From Podarcis muralis (taxonomy: Eukaryota), in contig NC_135660.1 of the NCBI RefSeq assembly GCF_964188315.1, positions 7,254,001 through 7,318,000 of the forward strand: a stretch of 64,000 nt of DNA, written 5' to 3'. Shown in pieces: positions 11,373-23,449 of this stretch. The notes beneath the pieces were generated by a model. The model did no database searches. It was given only the letters and a program-made list of their open reading frames with translations, and was not told the origin of the DNA. Numbering within the stretch: position 1 is the stretch's first letter; every line of letters begins with the position of its first letter. A program made the position numbers and the translations under genes.

Positions 11373-14300
11373 AGAATCTCTTCCCTCTTTCTCCGCCACA
11401 AAAAGAGAGAGAAGGCCCAGCTTGAATCCCCCCCCCCGGTTGCCATGGCAATGCCGCTCTGTCATCAATGGCTGCTTGCAGATGGCAGGGTTTGAGTCGG
11501 GAGGAGAGAACTTCTTTTTCATGTTTTTCTGGTTAAAGGGGTAGCCCCAGGGAAGTGTCCTGTTTGCAGCATTTCCGTGGGACTTGCATTTGGGGGGTGG
11601 GTTTGGTAGCGGCAGCGCGGGGATGTGGGGGAACAGCTCACAGCAGGCTGAGCATCTTCACCCCTCGGGGAGTATGCACTGTTGTTGCCAATAGGCCTCT
11701 GGCATCTTGGGCTAAGGAAGTGGGGGGGGACAGAATGTGTTGATATCCAGTGCCCCCCACCCCATTTTGTCTGTCTTTCCCTCTCATTAGCTTCAAGGAT
11801 CTCTCTTTTTTCCTTAAATCCCCCCCCCCCAAAAAAATGGTCAGCTGGTTCTCCCTGTTTCCATGGAAACACTCATCCCTATTGACTAGGCCATGGCATT
11901 GCAATAGGGACAGGCAATGCCTCCAGGCTGTTATTAATTGGTCTGATGTGTCCATAGCAGCGGGAACCATATTGAATTTGGCTGTGTGTGTTTTATTTTA
12001 TTTTTATTTTTTGCGGGGGGTGGGTTTAGGAGAGTACAGGATTGGAAATCATGGCTCTCCACAACAAGGAGAGAGGAAGGGAGAGGAGAAGGATGCTTCT
12101 ACACTTATTCTCTCTCCTCCAATCTCAAGTCTTTCCCTACAGTCTTCTCCTCCTGCATTTCTCGTATTTTCAGGGCTCTTTTTGCATGCATGGGGGGTGT
12201 AAAGTGGCGAAAGATCTTTGCTGAGTTTCCACCAAAGGAGATGGAGGGGGGAAAATGTCTTCACTTGCTTGGGACGAATGCCCGCGGGTGGCTAGTGGGT
12301 GGTATCTAGCTTAGCTCCACTCACGAGTAGACCCACTGGAATGAATTGGCAGGAATGCAGGAAGCTGCTGTCCGCTGAGCCAGGCTGCTGATCCAACCAG
12401 CTCAGTATTGCCGGCACTGACTTACAGCATCTCTCCAGAGATTCAGGCAGGGAGCCACGCACAGATATACCTGTGGAGGCTTTGTATCCTTCTGTGTGTC
12501 AAGGCAAGTGCTCTACCACTGAGCCATTAATTTCTGTGGACCTACTCTGAGTAGGGTTAATGTTGGATAACCCCCACAGTAGCTCTAGAGCAGCTGGAGT
12601 CGTTTTCCCTCCCGTTCTGCCTCCGCCTCCCATTTTTCCCCATCTGATTTCCCACCCGGCCAATCCCCTGCTTGAGTGCTTTCGCTGGGTGATTCCGTGG
12701 GTCAGTCCCTCTCCTCTCTGCTGCTGCCCTTGAGGGATCCTGCCATGTAGGTCCCTTGTGTCTCTCTGGCAGAGGCAGGCGAGGGGATCAGTCCTCCCCT
12801 CCCTGCACCCCCCTCCCCATGGCGAGGCTTCCTGCCCCACAAACTCCCCAGCCCTCCTGAGGAACCGGGAGACTCTCTAGCTGGCATCCTCAGATGACCT
12901 TTGCTGTCGAGCAGAGAGGGAGCATCTGTGCAAGGTCTCCTGGCGAGGGGCTGGGTGCTTTGGAGTGATCTCCCATTTCCCTTGGAGCTAGCAAGCCAGG
13001 CTGCAGCGACAGAGCCGTTTAAAGTGACTCCAGAATCTCCGCTTCATTTCAGCCATTTCCAGAGAAAAATGTTGGGGGGTGGAGGGGAGAGAGAGAGAGG
13101 AGGCAGACGGATGATTGACTCATTTTGTTAAATCTAGCACATCAGAGTAAAAGGGTTTTCTCTGTGCTGTCTTTACAAAGGTGAGCTGTCAAAGGTGTGA
13201 TAAAGTTCTAGTCAAGAATTCTATCGCCTCATATATTTATTTAAAGTTTGGTGCTTTTAAAAAAAAACAACCAACACAATCCCACGCTATAGCCAACTTC
13301 CAGAGCAGTTTCCAGATCGATAAAAATGAGAACGTCTCTACCCTCAGGCTTTCAATCTTAACAGGGCACGGCACTAAAGGAAAATGCACTGGGAGGGAGG
13401 AGGAAATAAGCAAGCTCGGGTTCAAGGTCTTGATTGCTAGTTGTTCTGATGGAAAGGAAAGTTCAAGGAGAGGATGCTCCAAAGGCTGCCAGTCTTTTGG
13501 CTGTGCCAGCGGAGTGGTCTTGTATCCTACCTGTTCCCTCTGCTGCTGCAGCCGGGCTTCTGGCAGGTGACAAAGAGCCTCCTACCTGCTGCATGTTATT
13601 GTGTTGAATGGTGGAAAAAGCTCGCTACCCAAGTGGCAGTCTTGGACACTTGGGTTTTGTGTCACCATCTCAACTTGCTGCATGTGAGAAGCCTTATGTT
13701 GAGAAGCAGTAAAATGCGCACACACAAAATGGTAACCCGCCCCCCTGCAGTATGAAGTGGCACGATCCAAAAGTTTAGCATCTTCTACTCTAGTGCACAA
13801 AGGGGGTTGCAGACTTGTGCCTGGACTGTACCATTTCAGGCTGAAGGTGGGGGTTCACATGATTGAATTCCCCTCCACACAACAAACCAATGTGATGTGT
13901 AGGAAGTCAGGATACAGCACACTTTGCCCTTCCATGCTAGTCTTCAGGGAATGTTTTTGTGAACTTCCACCTGCTACATTCTGAACTGGTTTATTCCAAG
14001 TATAGGTTTACCAAATGAATTGAGAACTAGGCAAGGCAGGGGGCAGCAGCCTTTTGGGGAAGGGGGTGAGTAGGGCATATTTGTAATTTTGAGAAAGTGC
14101 CCTGGCTGCCACTCACAAAATGGCTGCCGTGGGGGCATGGCACAATGGCTGCCATGTCTTTATGAGCAGAAAAAAGAGTCAGGGCCATAAAATGGTGTGG
14201 GCATGTTAGCTTATCCGCTACCCCATCCGTGGGGTGCTGCACTCCCTCACAGAGAAAAGCTCTTTGTGCCTCTCCTCTGTTCAGAATGGAAGGGGGCTGC

Positions 14301-15052
14301 ATGTCCTCTCCTGGAAGCCTGTGAGATGTGGACATGCTCAAGCCGGTGTGTTCGATAGAGGAGAGGCTGAGCTGGCGCAAACAGGAACTGAAGAGGACAA
14401 GCAAACAATGCGCTGTTGATTCAGGTGCCATCAAAGCTCCTCGTGAGCAGTAGTGGTGCACACTGCTTGTAAGGGTTAGGTAGCCAGCCTCAGAGCTAAA
14501 CGGACTCGTGGTGTATGGATCTTGGCTCCTTCACCCAATGCGTTGCAGCTCCAAAGTGTTGCAGAAATAGGGTCCAAAGTCTGGATCTGCAGTCCTAGAA
14601 ACAATACTTCCCCGCTTCTCTCCCCTCTTCAGTTTAACAGCCCCCCAGAGACTCTGCAATAGCTGCCAGCTGGCCAAAGTCCATGCAGCTGTCTCTAAGC
14701 AACAGCATTTCCTGTTCTGATAACTGCAGGCTGCCCTGGCAAAGGGGAAAGCTTACTGGATCTCATTCAGTGAATATGATGGGCCCGCTTGGAATCTTTT
14801 CCCCTCTCCCTCTCTCTGTGCCTCACTTGTGTAAGAAACTTGGTTCAGGAGCTGGAGCAGAACATCTCTCTTCCCTCTCCCTCCTTCCATGCAGTTGGAC
14901 TTGGGTGCATCTTCTGCACATAGACACACAGACACCCATACACACACCTCATCCGCACTGCTTGCTATCCCTTGACACCAGTTTACACTGGAAGAACACA
15001 GCCCTTAATTCCAGTCTAATCCCAGGTTTCTATATGGGACCAATGAGGTGAA

Positions 15053-15306
15053 GAGCCAGTGTGGTGTAGTGGTTAAGAGCGGTAGTCTCATAATCTGGGG
15101 AACCGGGTTCGCGTCTCCGCTCCTCCACCTGCAGCTGCTGGGTGACCTTGGGCCAGTCACACTTCTTTGAAGTCTCTCAGCCCCACTCACCTCACAGAGT
15201 GTTTGTTGTGGGGGAGGAAGGGAAAGGAGAATGTTAGCCGCTTTGATACTCCTGAAGGGGAGTGAAAGGCGGGATATCAAATCCAAACTCTTCTTCTTCT
15301 TCTTCT
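15053..15306 (+). mobile_element. Squam3-type (Ther1/MIR-derived) SINE, young lacertid-type copy
   Basis: gagccagtgtggtgtagtggttaagagc tRNA-like head, gggtgaccttgggccagtcac core and (CTT)n tail; nearly identical copies at 56508 and 59731. Confidence 0.85.
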
Positions 15307-18300
15307 GAATTAGAATTCCCTTCTCTGAGAGCCAGTGGTTGTGTAAACTGGAGGTGGCCTGCTAGGAAATCCACAGGGCAATATTTTTAGGGAAGACTTG
15401 ACCTGCAATATTGAAATCCAGGTCTAGATAAATAAGAACATAACATCCATCTAGTCTAGCATCCTGTTCTCACAGGGTCCCTGTTACGCAGAAGAATTAT
15501 TGCATCTGACTGGATTTGTCTAATTCTCCTTTAAAGCCCTCTAGGGTGGGGCCATCACGGGCTCCTGTGGGAGCGAGTTCCATACTTTAAGTATATGCTG
15601 CCAGTTGAGCCTTCCTGCCACAGGTGCTGCCACTGAAAAGGCCCTGCCTTGGGACACCACCACCTGCCTCCTCCTTGGGCACAGAAGGTCCACCAAGGAA
15701 GATCTTGAGACAAGGACAGGGATGGGGGACCTGAGCTTCTCCAGGTGTTGTTGGACTCCAATTCCCATCAGCCCTAGCCAGCAAGGCCCAGTGGGGGGGG
15801 GACTGGAGTCTGGCAACATCTGGAAGACCCCAGGTTGTCCATCCCTCTCCTGGAGGTGTGCTGGTGCCAAACCATTTAGGCACGGCGGCATGCCATGTTG
15901 AAGGAAGCCCCGCACTGTGTAACAATAATTCGCCTTCTGTTATTTACATGAGGATTCTCAGCTGACCTCCTGCGTTTTGGCTTTTGGGGGCTAGCCTGGA
16001 CTTCCCCAACATCAAACCCTGCAACTATTTTGCACTTCAGTCCCTTTCGGCCTCAGGCAGCCTGGCCAGCAGTTATATCTATGACTCTCGGATAAAGAAG
16101 CAATGTAGAGCCTGGCTCTTTCCCAGATCTGCCTAGTAATTAAGCAAATCGCAGGATTAAACCAAAGCAGGCTTCTCCAGGCTAGAAAGTGAGAGTGAAG
16201 CGGCCCAGGGACTTCGTTGGACCATTTCAAGCACTGCCCAAGGCAGCCTGAGTTTCCAAAGCTTTTTGACAAACTTCTTCCCAGTTGTGAAAACTTGCCG
16301 CACGCTCCTCCTGCGCCAAGAGGCCAGTTTCTTCACCATGAGGACCACGAAGGCATTCAGCTGTGTGCAATGCCTGGGTGTCTTCTTCGGTCAAGGTGAC
16401 TTGAATCCTGCAACCTGTATAAATTATGCAGCATTGCACATTTATTCCTGAGGTTGCAGGATGTATATTTCTTGTGGTGTTCTCATAGAGTGGAGGGTGG
16501 GGAGTGATGAGGACCTCAAGCCCTCGTCCCCTTGAGCATTGGGGACACTGCTCAGCACCCTCTTCTGTGATTTTACCAGATACTGCTCACAATGCTTTAA
16601 AGCAGTGGTTCTCAAACACTCTTTTCTCTGGGCCACACTTTCAGAATAGAAATTTCATTGCGCCTCACCAAATTCTTTTATTGATAAGAAATACAACACA
16701 ACCAGGATTGTCCTAAGTGTCTCTTGATCCTCTTGCCCTTGTTTTGAAAAGATATCTAGCCACATTCTGCAAATAAAAATATATTATTTTGATGCTATAC
16801 TACAATGCACTGAAATGTTGAAATGTTTTTGGGATGGCCCTTGAATCTTCCAGATGAAGAAAATATAAAATGCTGATAAACTGCACTCTGGAAGACGGGA
16901 CAGCACATGGTGAAACAGATGACCCTCAAAGCATGCTTTGAGTGCAATTCTTCCTGGCCACACGAGCAAAAGTATATCCCATTTGGGGACCGGGAAACGT
17001 CAAAACACAAGGACTTCCGAGTTCCTTTTTTGCTTAATCCAACCCTTGAAATCCAACATGGATTTATGTGCTGCAGCGGTTTCGGACGCGTGCCTGTCCC
17101 CCCTTCTGCAACGGCGAGCTCCTTCTTCTCCCCATAATCCTCTTTCCCCCCCCCCCCAGCTGCAGAAAAAACACCCTCCTGTCTCTCTCTCTTTCTGTGT
17201 GTGTCTCTCTTACAATCCCCTATGCTCCCTTCTAAGAGGACTCTTGCAGCCTCCTGCTACAGGCTGTTCCGGTTAACTGGTGAGTCATGAGAGATGAAGG
17301 GCATTCAATCCCCACCTGTCATGGGGAGGAGGGGGTCCGGGCAGCAGAGGGCGGGGGTGTTTCCTGGGCTCCGCTGGGTGCGCACCACCGGCAAGAGCTG
17401 CGCAGCACAGTGCAGGGCGGGGAGGGGGGGAGGGGGGAGGAAGCAGCCGGGCAGGCAAAGTGCTGGCGGCCGAGCACCAACAGCAGAGTTTAGCATGCTG
17501 ATCACGCCGTCGCTGGCCGTAAATGCCTTTGACTTTGGATAAAGCCAAGCAAGAAAATTGATGTTCTTTTCCATCCTATTAGCAGGAGCTTAGTTCCAAC
17601 GAGGAGAAAATGATGATTAAAAGGGTCAAGTCCACTCGGCTTCAAACAAGACGTACCTTGGACACAGTGTCTCTTTAAAATCTTGGCTCAGGAATGTTCT
17701 GGGGAGACGGTGGGGAGCAGGAAGAGGAGGAGGAGGAGAGTGGATGGTCATGGAGCAAGGATGGAAGCAGGGTGCCTTGTTCTCGGCTCCACACCACTGG
17801 TTTAAATGCCCCCCAAAGGCAAGACATTATGTTGCCTTTATTACTACATAATGCCTGTGCAGTAGGACCAGAGCTCAGTAGCAGAGCATCTGTGTTGCAT
17901 CTACAAGGCCGCAGGTTAAATCCCCAGCGACTTTCCCAAGTGGCCGTTGCCAGCTGGGTAGGCCAACGGCGGCTCTTCTCCAAGGCTGGTCCTTGTAGGA
18001 GCAGTGGCCCAGATGGGGAGGGTTCTCTGACCAAGAGAAGTAATAACTGCCTTGCTGCATCAGCACAAGCCCACCCTCTTCCCCCCCCCCCCAGCAGTCT
18101 GTTAGATAGAGATGCACATTTATAAGAAATCACAAAGGCAATGACCTTTCCCTGTGTTTCCCCACATTTGAGTAGCGGGGAAGATTGGTGGTGTTGCTAT
18201 TCAGGGGCCTTGCCACACACGGTCACTGACGTCCAAGCCAAAGGGAGATGCTTCCATGATTTATGCATGTTTAAGACTTTCTGTCATGAGGTCTAGAAAC

Positions 18301-18523
18301 TTGCAAGCTGCATGCCAAAACAGAATGGTGAGTGGGATATAGCTGTGCCAAGTGACACAGTGCTTTTCTGTGATGTGAGGCAAGGGCAGAGGAGGAAAGG
18401 AGATCGCAGCCTCAGCAAAGAATCTCAGAATCATAGAGTTGGGCCCCCAGGGGTCATATAGACCAGCACACACACACAGCTTGCAATGAGTCCTCTGAAA
18501 TGGTGTCCCTCTTTTCCTCCCAG

Positions 18524-18811
18524 GTGAGCAGAGTCTTACGCCCTGGTGGCCGGTTCATCTCCATCACCTTTGCTCAGCCGCACTTCCGCAAGCGCCACTA
18601 CGCCCAGCCAGCCTACGGATGGTCCGTCCGGCACGCCACGTATGGGAGCGGATTCCACTACTTCATCTACGTCATGCGGAAGGGCGAGGAGCTGTCCCCT
18701 TCCGACTTGGCACTGGGGCAGAGCCTGCACCTGCCTCCCCGGACTCTGCCCCCTCTACGCTACCTCCAGGACCCAGACAGTGAGAATTTCCTCTCTGCCA
18801 TTGACCTGTGA
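18524..18811 (+). CDS. EEF1AKMT4: EEF1A lysine methyltransferase 4, terminal coding exon (exon 3)
   Basis: Acceptor ctcttttcctcccAG (18522-18523), phase 0, matching the exon 2 donor. Translation VSRVLRPGGRFISITFAQPHFRKRHYAQPAYGWSVRHATYGSGFHYFIYVMRKG...DSENFLSAIDL* parallels the human C-terminus (VSRVLVPGGRFISMT...EDFLSAIQL). Confidence 0.95.
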   Translation: MSRVLRPGGRFISITFAQPHFRKRHYAQPAYGWSVRHATYGSGFHYFIYVMRKGEELSPSDLALGQSLHLPPRTLPPLRYLQDPDSENFLSAIDL

Positions 18812-19477
18812 GCGGCTGGCAAGGAATGGGGGGGGGGTGGAGAGAGGGGGCACATAAAACTGCTCTCGTGACCACGTGCCAATCTGCCTGCTGCTGCTGA
18901 ACTGCCAGAGTCAACATTTTCTCCCAAGTCATTTTGGGCAATTTCCTGCATACAGTATTCATTTTTTGAATTAAGAAAGAAAGAAAGAAAGAAAAAAGCT
19001 GCAGTTGGCAACAGGAGCCAATTCCCCATGGAGCTGGATGGGAACGTTTTCTGCAGCCAAATCTCTTGTAAGAAAGGAACATTTCCCTCCCCCTTTCTGC
19101 ATCTTCTCTTGTGCCTGCACTTTGGAGCTGCGAACCCCGTCCGTGGAAAGGGGCGAGGTGTTGGAAACTCTGGTGGTTGTTTTTAAATCTCACTGCTGTG
19201 CCTTGAAATCCCGCGATCCCCAGGTTCTGCTGGGGTGGTGCTGTACAGAGTGGGCTCCTTCAGTAAGCATCTCAATGGAGAGGAAGATCTAGAGTCTGTG
19301 GCCGCCCTCTCTGCCATCCTGAAATGTAGCTTTATTCCGCTCAGCTAGTTTTTTAAAGGCAAGTGACTGCCAGTGCTGCCTTCACATCTGCCTTCACATC
19401 TGTGACAAGCAGCAGAACAGAAGGCCCAGGACAATTCTCTTCTGAGGCTCTTGCACACTTTTGAGGGTCCTCTACAG

Positions 19478-19613
19478 CAGTGTTCCCCAACCTTGGGCCT
19501 CCAGCTGTTTTTGGACTACAATTCCCATCATCCTTGACCACTGGTCTTGCTAGCGAGGGATGATGGGAGTTGTAGTCCAAAAACAGCTGGAGGCCCAAGG
19601 TTGGGGAACACTG
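19478..19613. mobile_element. Palindromic hAT MITE (136 bp)
   Basis: Long near-perfect inverted arms (cagtgttccccaaccttgggcctccagctgtttttggactacaa... / ...ttgtagtccaaaaacagctggaggcccaaggttggggaacactg) with a perfect 8-bp TSD CTCTACAG (19470-19477, 19614-19621). Degraded relatives occur near 7315, 15720, 33470, 37097, 55195 and 61440. Confidence 0.92.
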
Positions 19614-20366
19614 CTCTACAGCATTCCACTAAAATATCCCAGATTCTGCAACTTGGAACCACAGTTCTGCAATCTGAATTCATTGGGCAGATTAACTATG
19701 AGCATAAGAGTGGACTTCCGCATGCTTTGTCTGTTTTGCTTTGGATAATCTTTTATGCCAAATCGAACGGTGGAAGCTGTGTCACTTCCTGGGAAAGGGG
19801 AATCATCAGATTTAACTAGAAGCAAAGGAGGAGCAGGGTTCCTGTTTCCGTTGCCATTGTATGCAGAAATTGCGCGCATAATTGTGGCTTTGTTTAGCAG
19901 GAGTGAAAAGTTGTGCCTCTCTTCTGCACAGCCGTTAAAGGCAGAGCCAACCCCTTTGCACCTGGTCCTGGAAAGCCTTGCAAAACATGGCTGTCTCATG
20001 GAATTGGGGTGAAGGTCCATTGGATATTAACAAAAGCTGTTGTTGATTTGAAATGCGTAGAGAAACAAACTTCATTTAAGCATTTAGAAACCAGACTAAT
20101 GTGCCATTAGTCCCACAAAGATCATGGTGACTAGAACCCTCACTGCCCTGTTTTTAATGCCAGTGCATTTTTAATAGCTGCACACAGTGTGTGGGCTACA
20201 CATACTGGGGAAAGAGGATCTGTTGCAAGGTCATCATTCATATGAATAGCATTTCCTGGTTAGGACTAGTAAAGAAAGTGATGGCTGACGTAAATTATAG
20301 GTAGGGTTCAATGTGTATGCCACAACCCTTAAGGAGACAAGAGAATGCACGTAATGTAAAATTGAG

Positions 20367-20368
<2 letters not shown>

Positions 20369-20402
<34 letters not shown>
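20369..20402. repeat. (GT)n microsatellite
   Basis: Seen directly. Confidence 0.95.
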
Positions 20403-20404
<2 letters not shown>

Positions 20405-21627
20405 AAACACACACATTTCTAGCTCTTAACAGCTGCAGAAATGTGCTTGAAAACCTGCCATCTCCTGTCTCGGAAGCTGAAGTGTCGTGGCTTGAGTTAG
20501 CAATTCCCATTTCTGGGCGAAGAGGTTCTGCGTACCCAGCGCAGACCTTTATTCCATCTCCAAGATCCCATCTCGTCTAGCATCCTGTTTCCTTAAGTTG
20601 CCGGCCAGATGCTTCCAGCCCCACCCCAGTTGTTACTCCCTACACAAGTGAGATAGGATGGTGGCTACAAACCACAATGGCCCAGCCCTGCCTCTCTGGC
20701 TGGAAGCTGTGTGCTTCTGGAAACCACCAGAGGAGAGAGTTGTTGTTGAGCTCAGGTCCTGCTTGCATCTGGTTGACCACTGTGAGAACAGGGTGCCGGA
20801 CTAGATGCGTCCCTTGGCCTGGTCCATCAAGCTGCTCTCAACGTTTACTGCCTCTGAGGTTTTGTTCAGCTCTTGTGCTCGATAGCTGTCACTCTCCTCC
20901 ACAATAGAAGCTTCCCAGGACTAGTAAACTCAATAATAAGTTGTTCGAAATAAGAGTACATACGTTTTTCATGGGGTTTTTAAATACAGGCTGTTCTTAA
21001 TGCACAATTTGGAGGGTTAAATTGATGCAGAACTTAATATTTATTTATATTTGCACAGAGCAAACACGCGGACCGTTAAGTGAAATCAGCAGGCAGGATA
21101 AAATCAGGACCTGGAACACACTGGGATCTTTGTTTCACAACAGGCAAACCCTGGGTCCAGGGCAGAATAAAACAGCCCCACCCCACCCCTAGTTTGAAGA
21201 GGGGAGGCCAACTCAGCGGAAGGAAAAAGCCCAGTTCACCCTGCAGAGAAAACTCTGGACCAAACTTGCCGGGAGCTCTTCCTTTGGCAGGTCACTAACA
21301 GGCCCTGCCCAGGGTCACTGAGTCATTTACATAGGAAGAGGACAGTGTTTAGTAGTGGTTAGAGTACCAGACTAGAACCTTGGAGACCAGAGTTCAAATC
21401 CCTGCATGGCCACAAAGCTCACTGGGTGACCTCAGGCCATTCACTGCCTCTCAGCCTAACCTACCTTACAAAGGTATGCGTGCAATGAAGTAATTAATTT
21501 AATTAAACTGGCGTCCACTTTGCAACAGTACTTCAGGTTTCCAGAAAAGAGAACATTTCCAACCCTACCTGGAAATGCTATTGGGGATTGAACATTTGGC
21601 AAGCAGGGCAGGTGCCCTGCCAACAAG

Positions 21628-21762
21628 GCTCAGTCAGTAGAGCGTGAGACTTTTAACCTCAGGGTTGTGGGTTCAAGACCCACGCTGTGCAAAAGATTCC
21701 TGCATTGCAGGGGGTTGGGCTAGATGACCCTCATGGTTCCTTCCAACTCTACAATTCTGTGA
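21628..21762 (+). mobile_element. tRNA-Lys-derived SINE with CR1-like tail (POM-like)
   Basis: gctcagtcagtagagcgtgagacttttaacctcagggttgtgggttcaagacccacg resembles tRNA-Lys and is followed directly by aaaagattcctgcattgcagggggttgggctagatgaccc...ttccaactctacaattct, a CR1-type 3' end. Confidence 0.8.
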
Positions 21763-22107
21763 GTCCCCGAGAAGCACCTGAGTGATCCCTGACAGATGGC
21801 AGCTTGCCTCTGCCCCTGTAGCCTCGATGCAGCTCTGCAAAGGTCCCTGCCGGGCTGTGCAGAATTTCACGGCTGCCCGGCAGTGAGCAAAGGGTGTTTG
21901 TGTTAAAGGGCGTTGTGTTCAGTGGCTTCCGGGCAGAGCCCCTGCCTCATTACCTCTGCTGCCACCCCCTCCGTTGGTTAATGTTGGAGGAAGTCCAGCT
22001 GCCTGCTCTTTGTGGATGTTAATGAAACTGCCAGGGAACCTGTTAATCATTTTAATGCTCCCCATCCGTCTTGCATGAGGAAGAGAAGGGAAGGGACCAC
22101 TGTACTG

Positions 22108-22112
<5 letters not shown>

Positions 22113-22154
<42 letters not shown>
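22113..22154. repeat. (CT)n microsatellite
   Basis: Seen directly. Confidence 0.95.
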
Positions 22155-22156
<2 letters not shown>

Positions 22157-23449
22157 GCCGATGCAGATCTCACAGGAGCTGGGGGCGAGGGGGGGGGGAG
22201 AGAGAAGTGCGCAGAGATGGAGGCTTTCTGTTTCATCTTCTGCCATAAGCAAATTGCTTTAATCCTGTTTTTCTCCCTTGAATAATTGGGAAGCCCAGTG
22301 CTCGTGGGGGAGGGGGCACAGCACTGGGTGCCTAGTTTTCATCTCAGCAGTTCCTCTTCCTTTGCACAATGATGTTCACTTAGAAACCAGCATTTGATGT
22401 TTCCAGACTGAGCATCCTGGAATTTGTGGATGTGACTTAATGGGCTGCTACATCTCCCTCCCCCCTTCCCTGCTACCCTTTCTCTCCCCCCCCCCCTTCA
22501 CCTACCTACAGCCACAAAATGTGCAGATATCTTTTCCAGAGTTCACAGGCTCTCGCTTTAACAGAAATAGTTCGGTGCAGCAGCGATATTCACAATGGCA
22601 TCTGTGCACTCTTTTGCAAGCCAGTGAATGCAATTGGTGGAGAGAGAGGCTATGCCTTGCCTGCTTTCCACATCTCTCTTTTTACCATGAATTGATTTGG
22701 CACCTGCCTTTAACTGCAAATTAAAAGTGTGGGTAATTTTTTTAAAATAAAAAAAGTGATTTAATCAGAGTCTTCTCTCCCTCTGAAGGGGTGTCCAGGG
22801 CTGTTTATAATAATCTCTACACATCTCCCTCTCTCTCTCTCTCTTTCATAATGTAAATGTTACAGTTATATAAATGACACAAAGTGCCCCTCGAAGCAGG
22901 ATGCTCAAAACCCAAACTGTTGTGCACTTTTAAATTGCAAAATAAGCTACCAGTATGTGTGATCTGTGTACATCTCTCAGATTGGGACAATGTATTCTGA
23001 AATCATGTCTTGATACAGTTAAATGTCTTACAAGTATTAAAAGGCACTTTGTGTTTTGATGACATTTATTGGGGGTTGGGGGCTTTTAACCCAAAATCCT
23101 CCTCTTCCTAATGTTTGTTAGTTCTTGGGTTTTTAACCAGCTATTATAAGTATGAGGCAATTCAGATTTGAGAGAATGGGATTCATACCCCAGACCTGCC
23201 AAGGATGAATTGTTTGTGACCTTCTCCTGGTCACCATCCCTCAGCCTTGCTTCCCAATTTGTAAAATGGGTAAAAAAACAACCGTGAAGACACTTTGAAG
23301 TTTAGAAGTGTTGTGTAACAGATGAAGGCGTTCCAGGAAACTTAATGTAGGCCTGCTTGGACATTAGTATCTATGCTCAACTCTCATTTGCTTGGATAAA
23401 AATATAATGTGTAGTTAATTTGCTGTAAAATCTCATTCATTCTGACCCT

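Noticed and set aside
16157-16451. Overlapping short ORFs with a coding-like look in EEF1AKMT4 intron 2
   Set aside because: No recognisable protein and no convincing splice signals in any frame.
21628-21700. tRNA-Lys gene
   Set aside because: The acceptor stem is broken, there is no poly-T terminator, and a CR1-like tail follows directly, so this is a SINE head.
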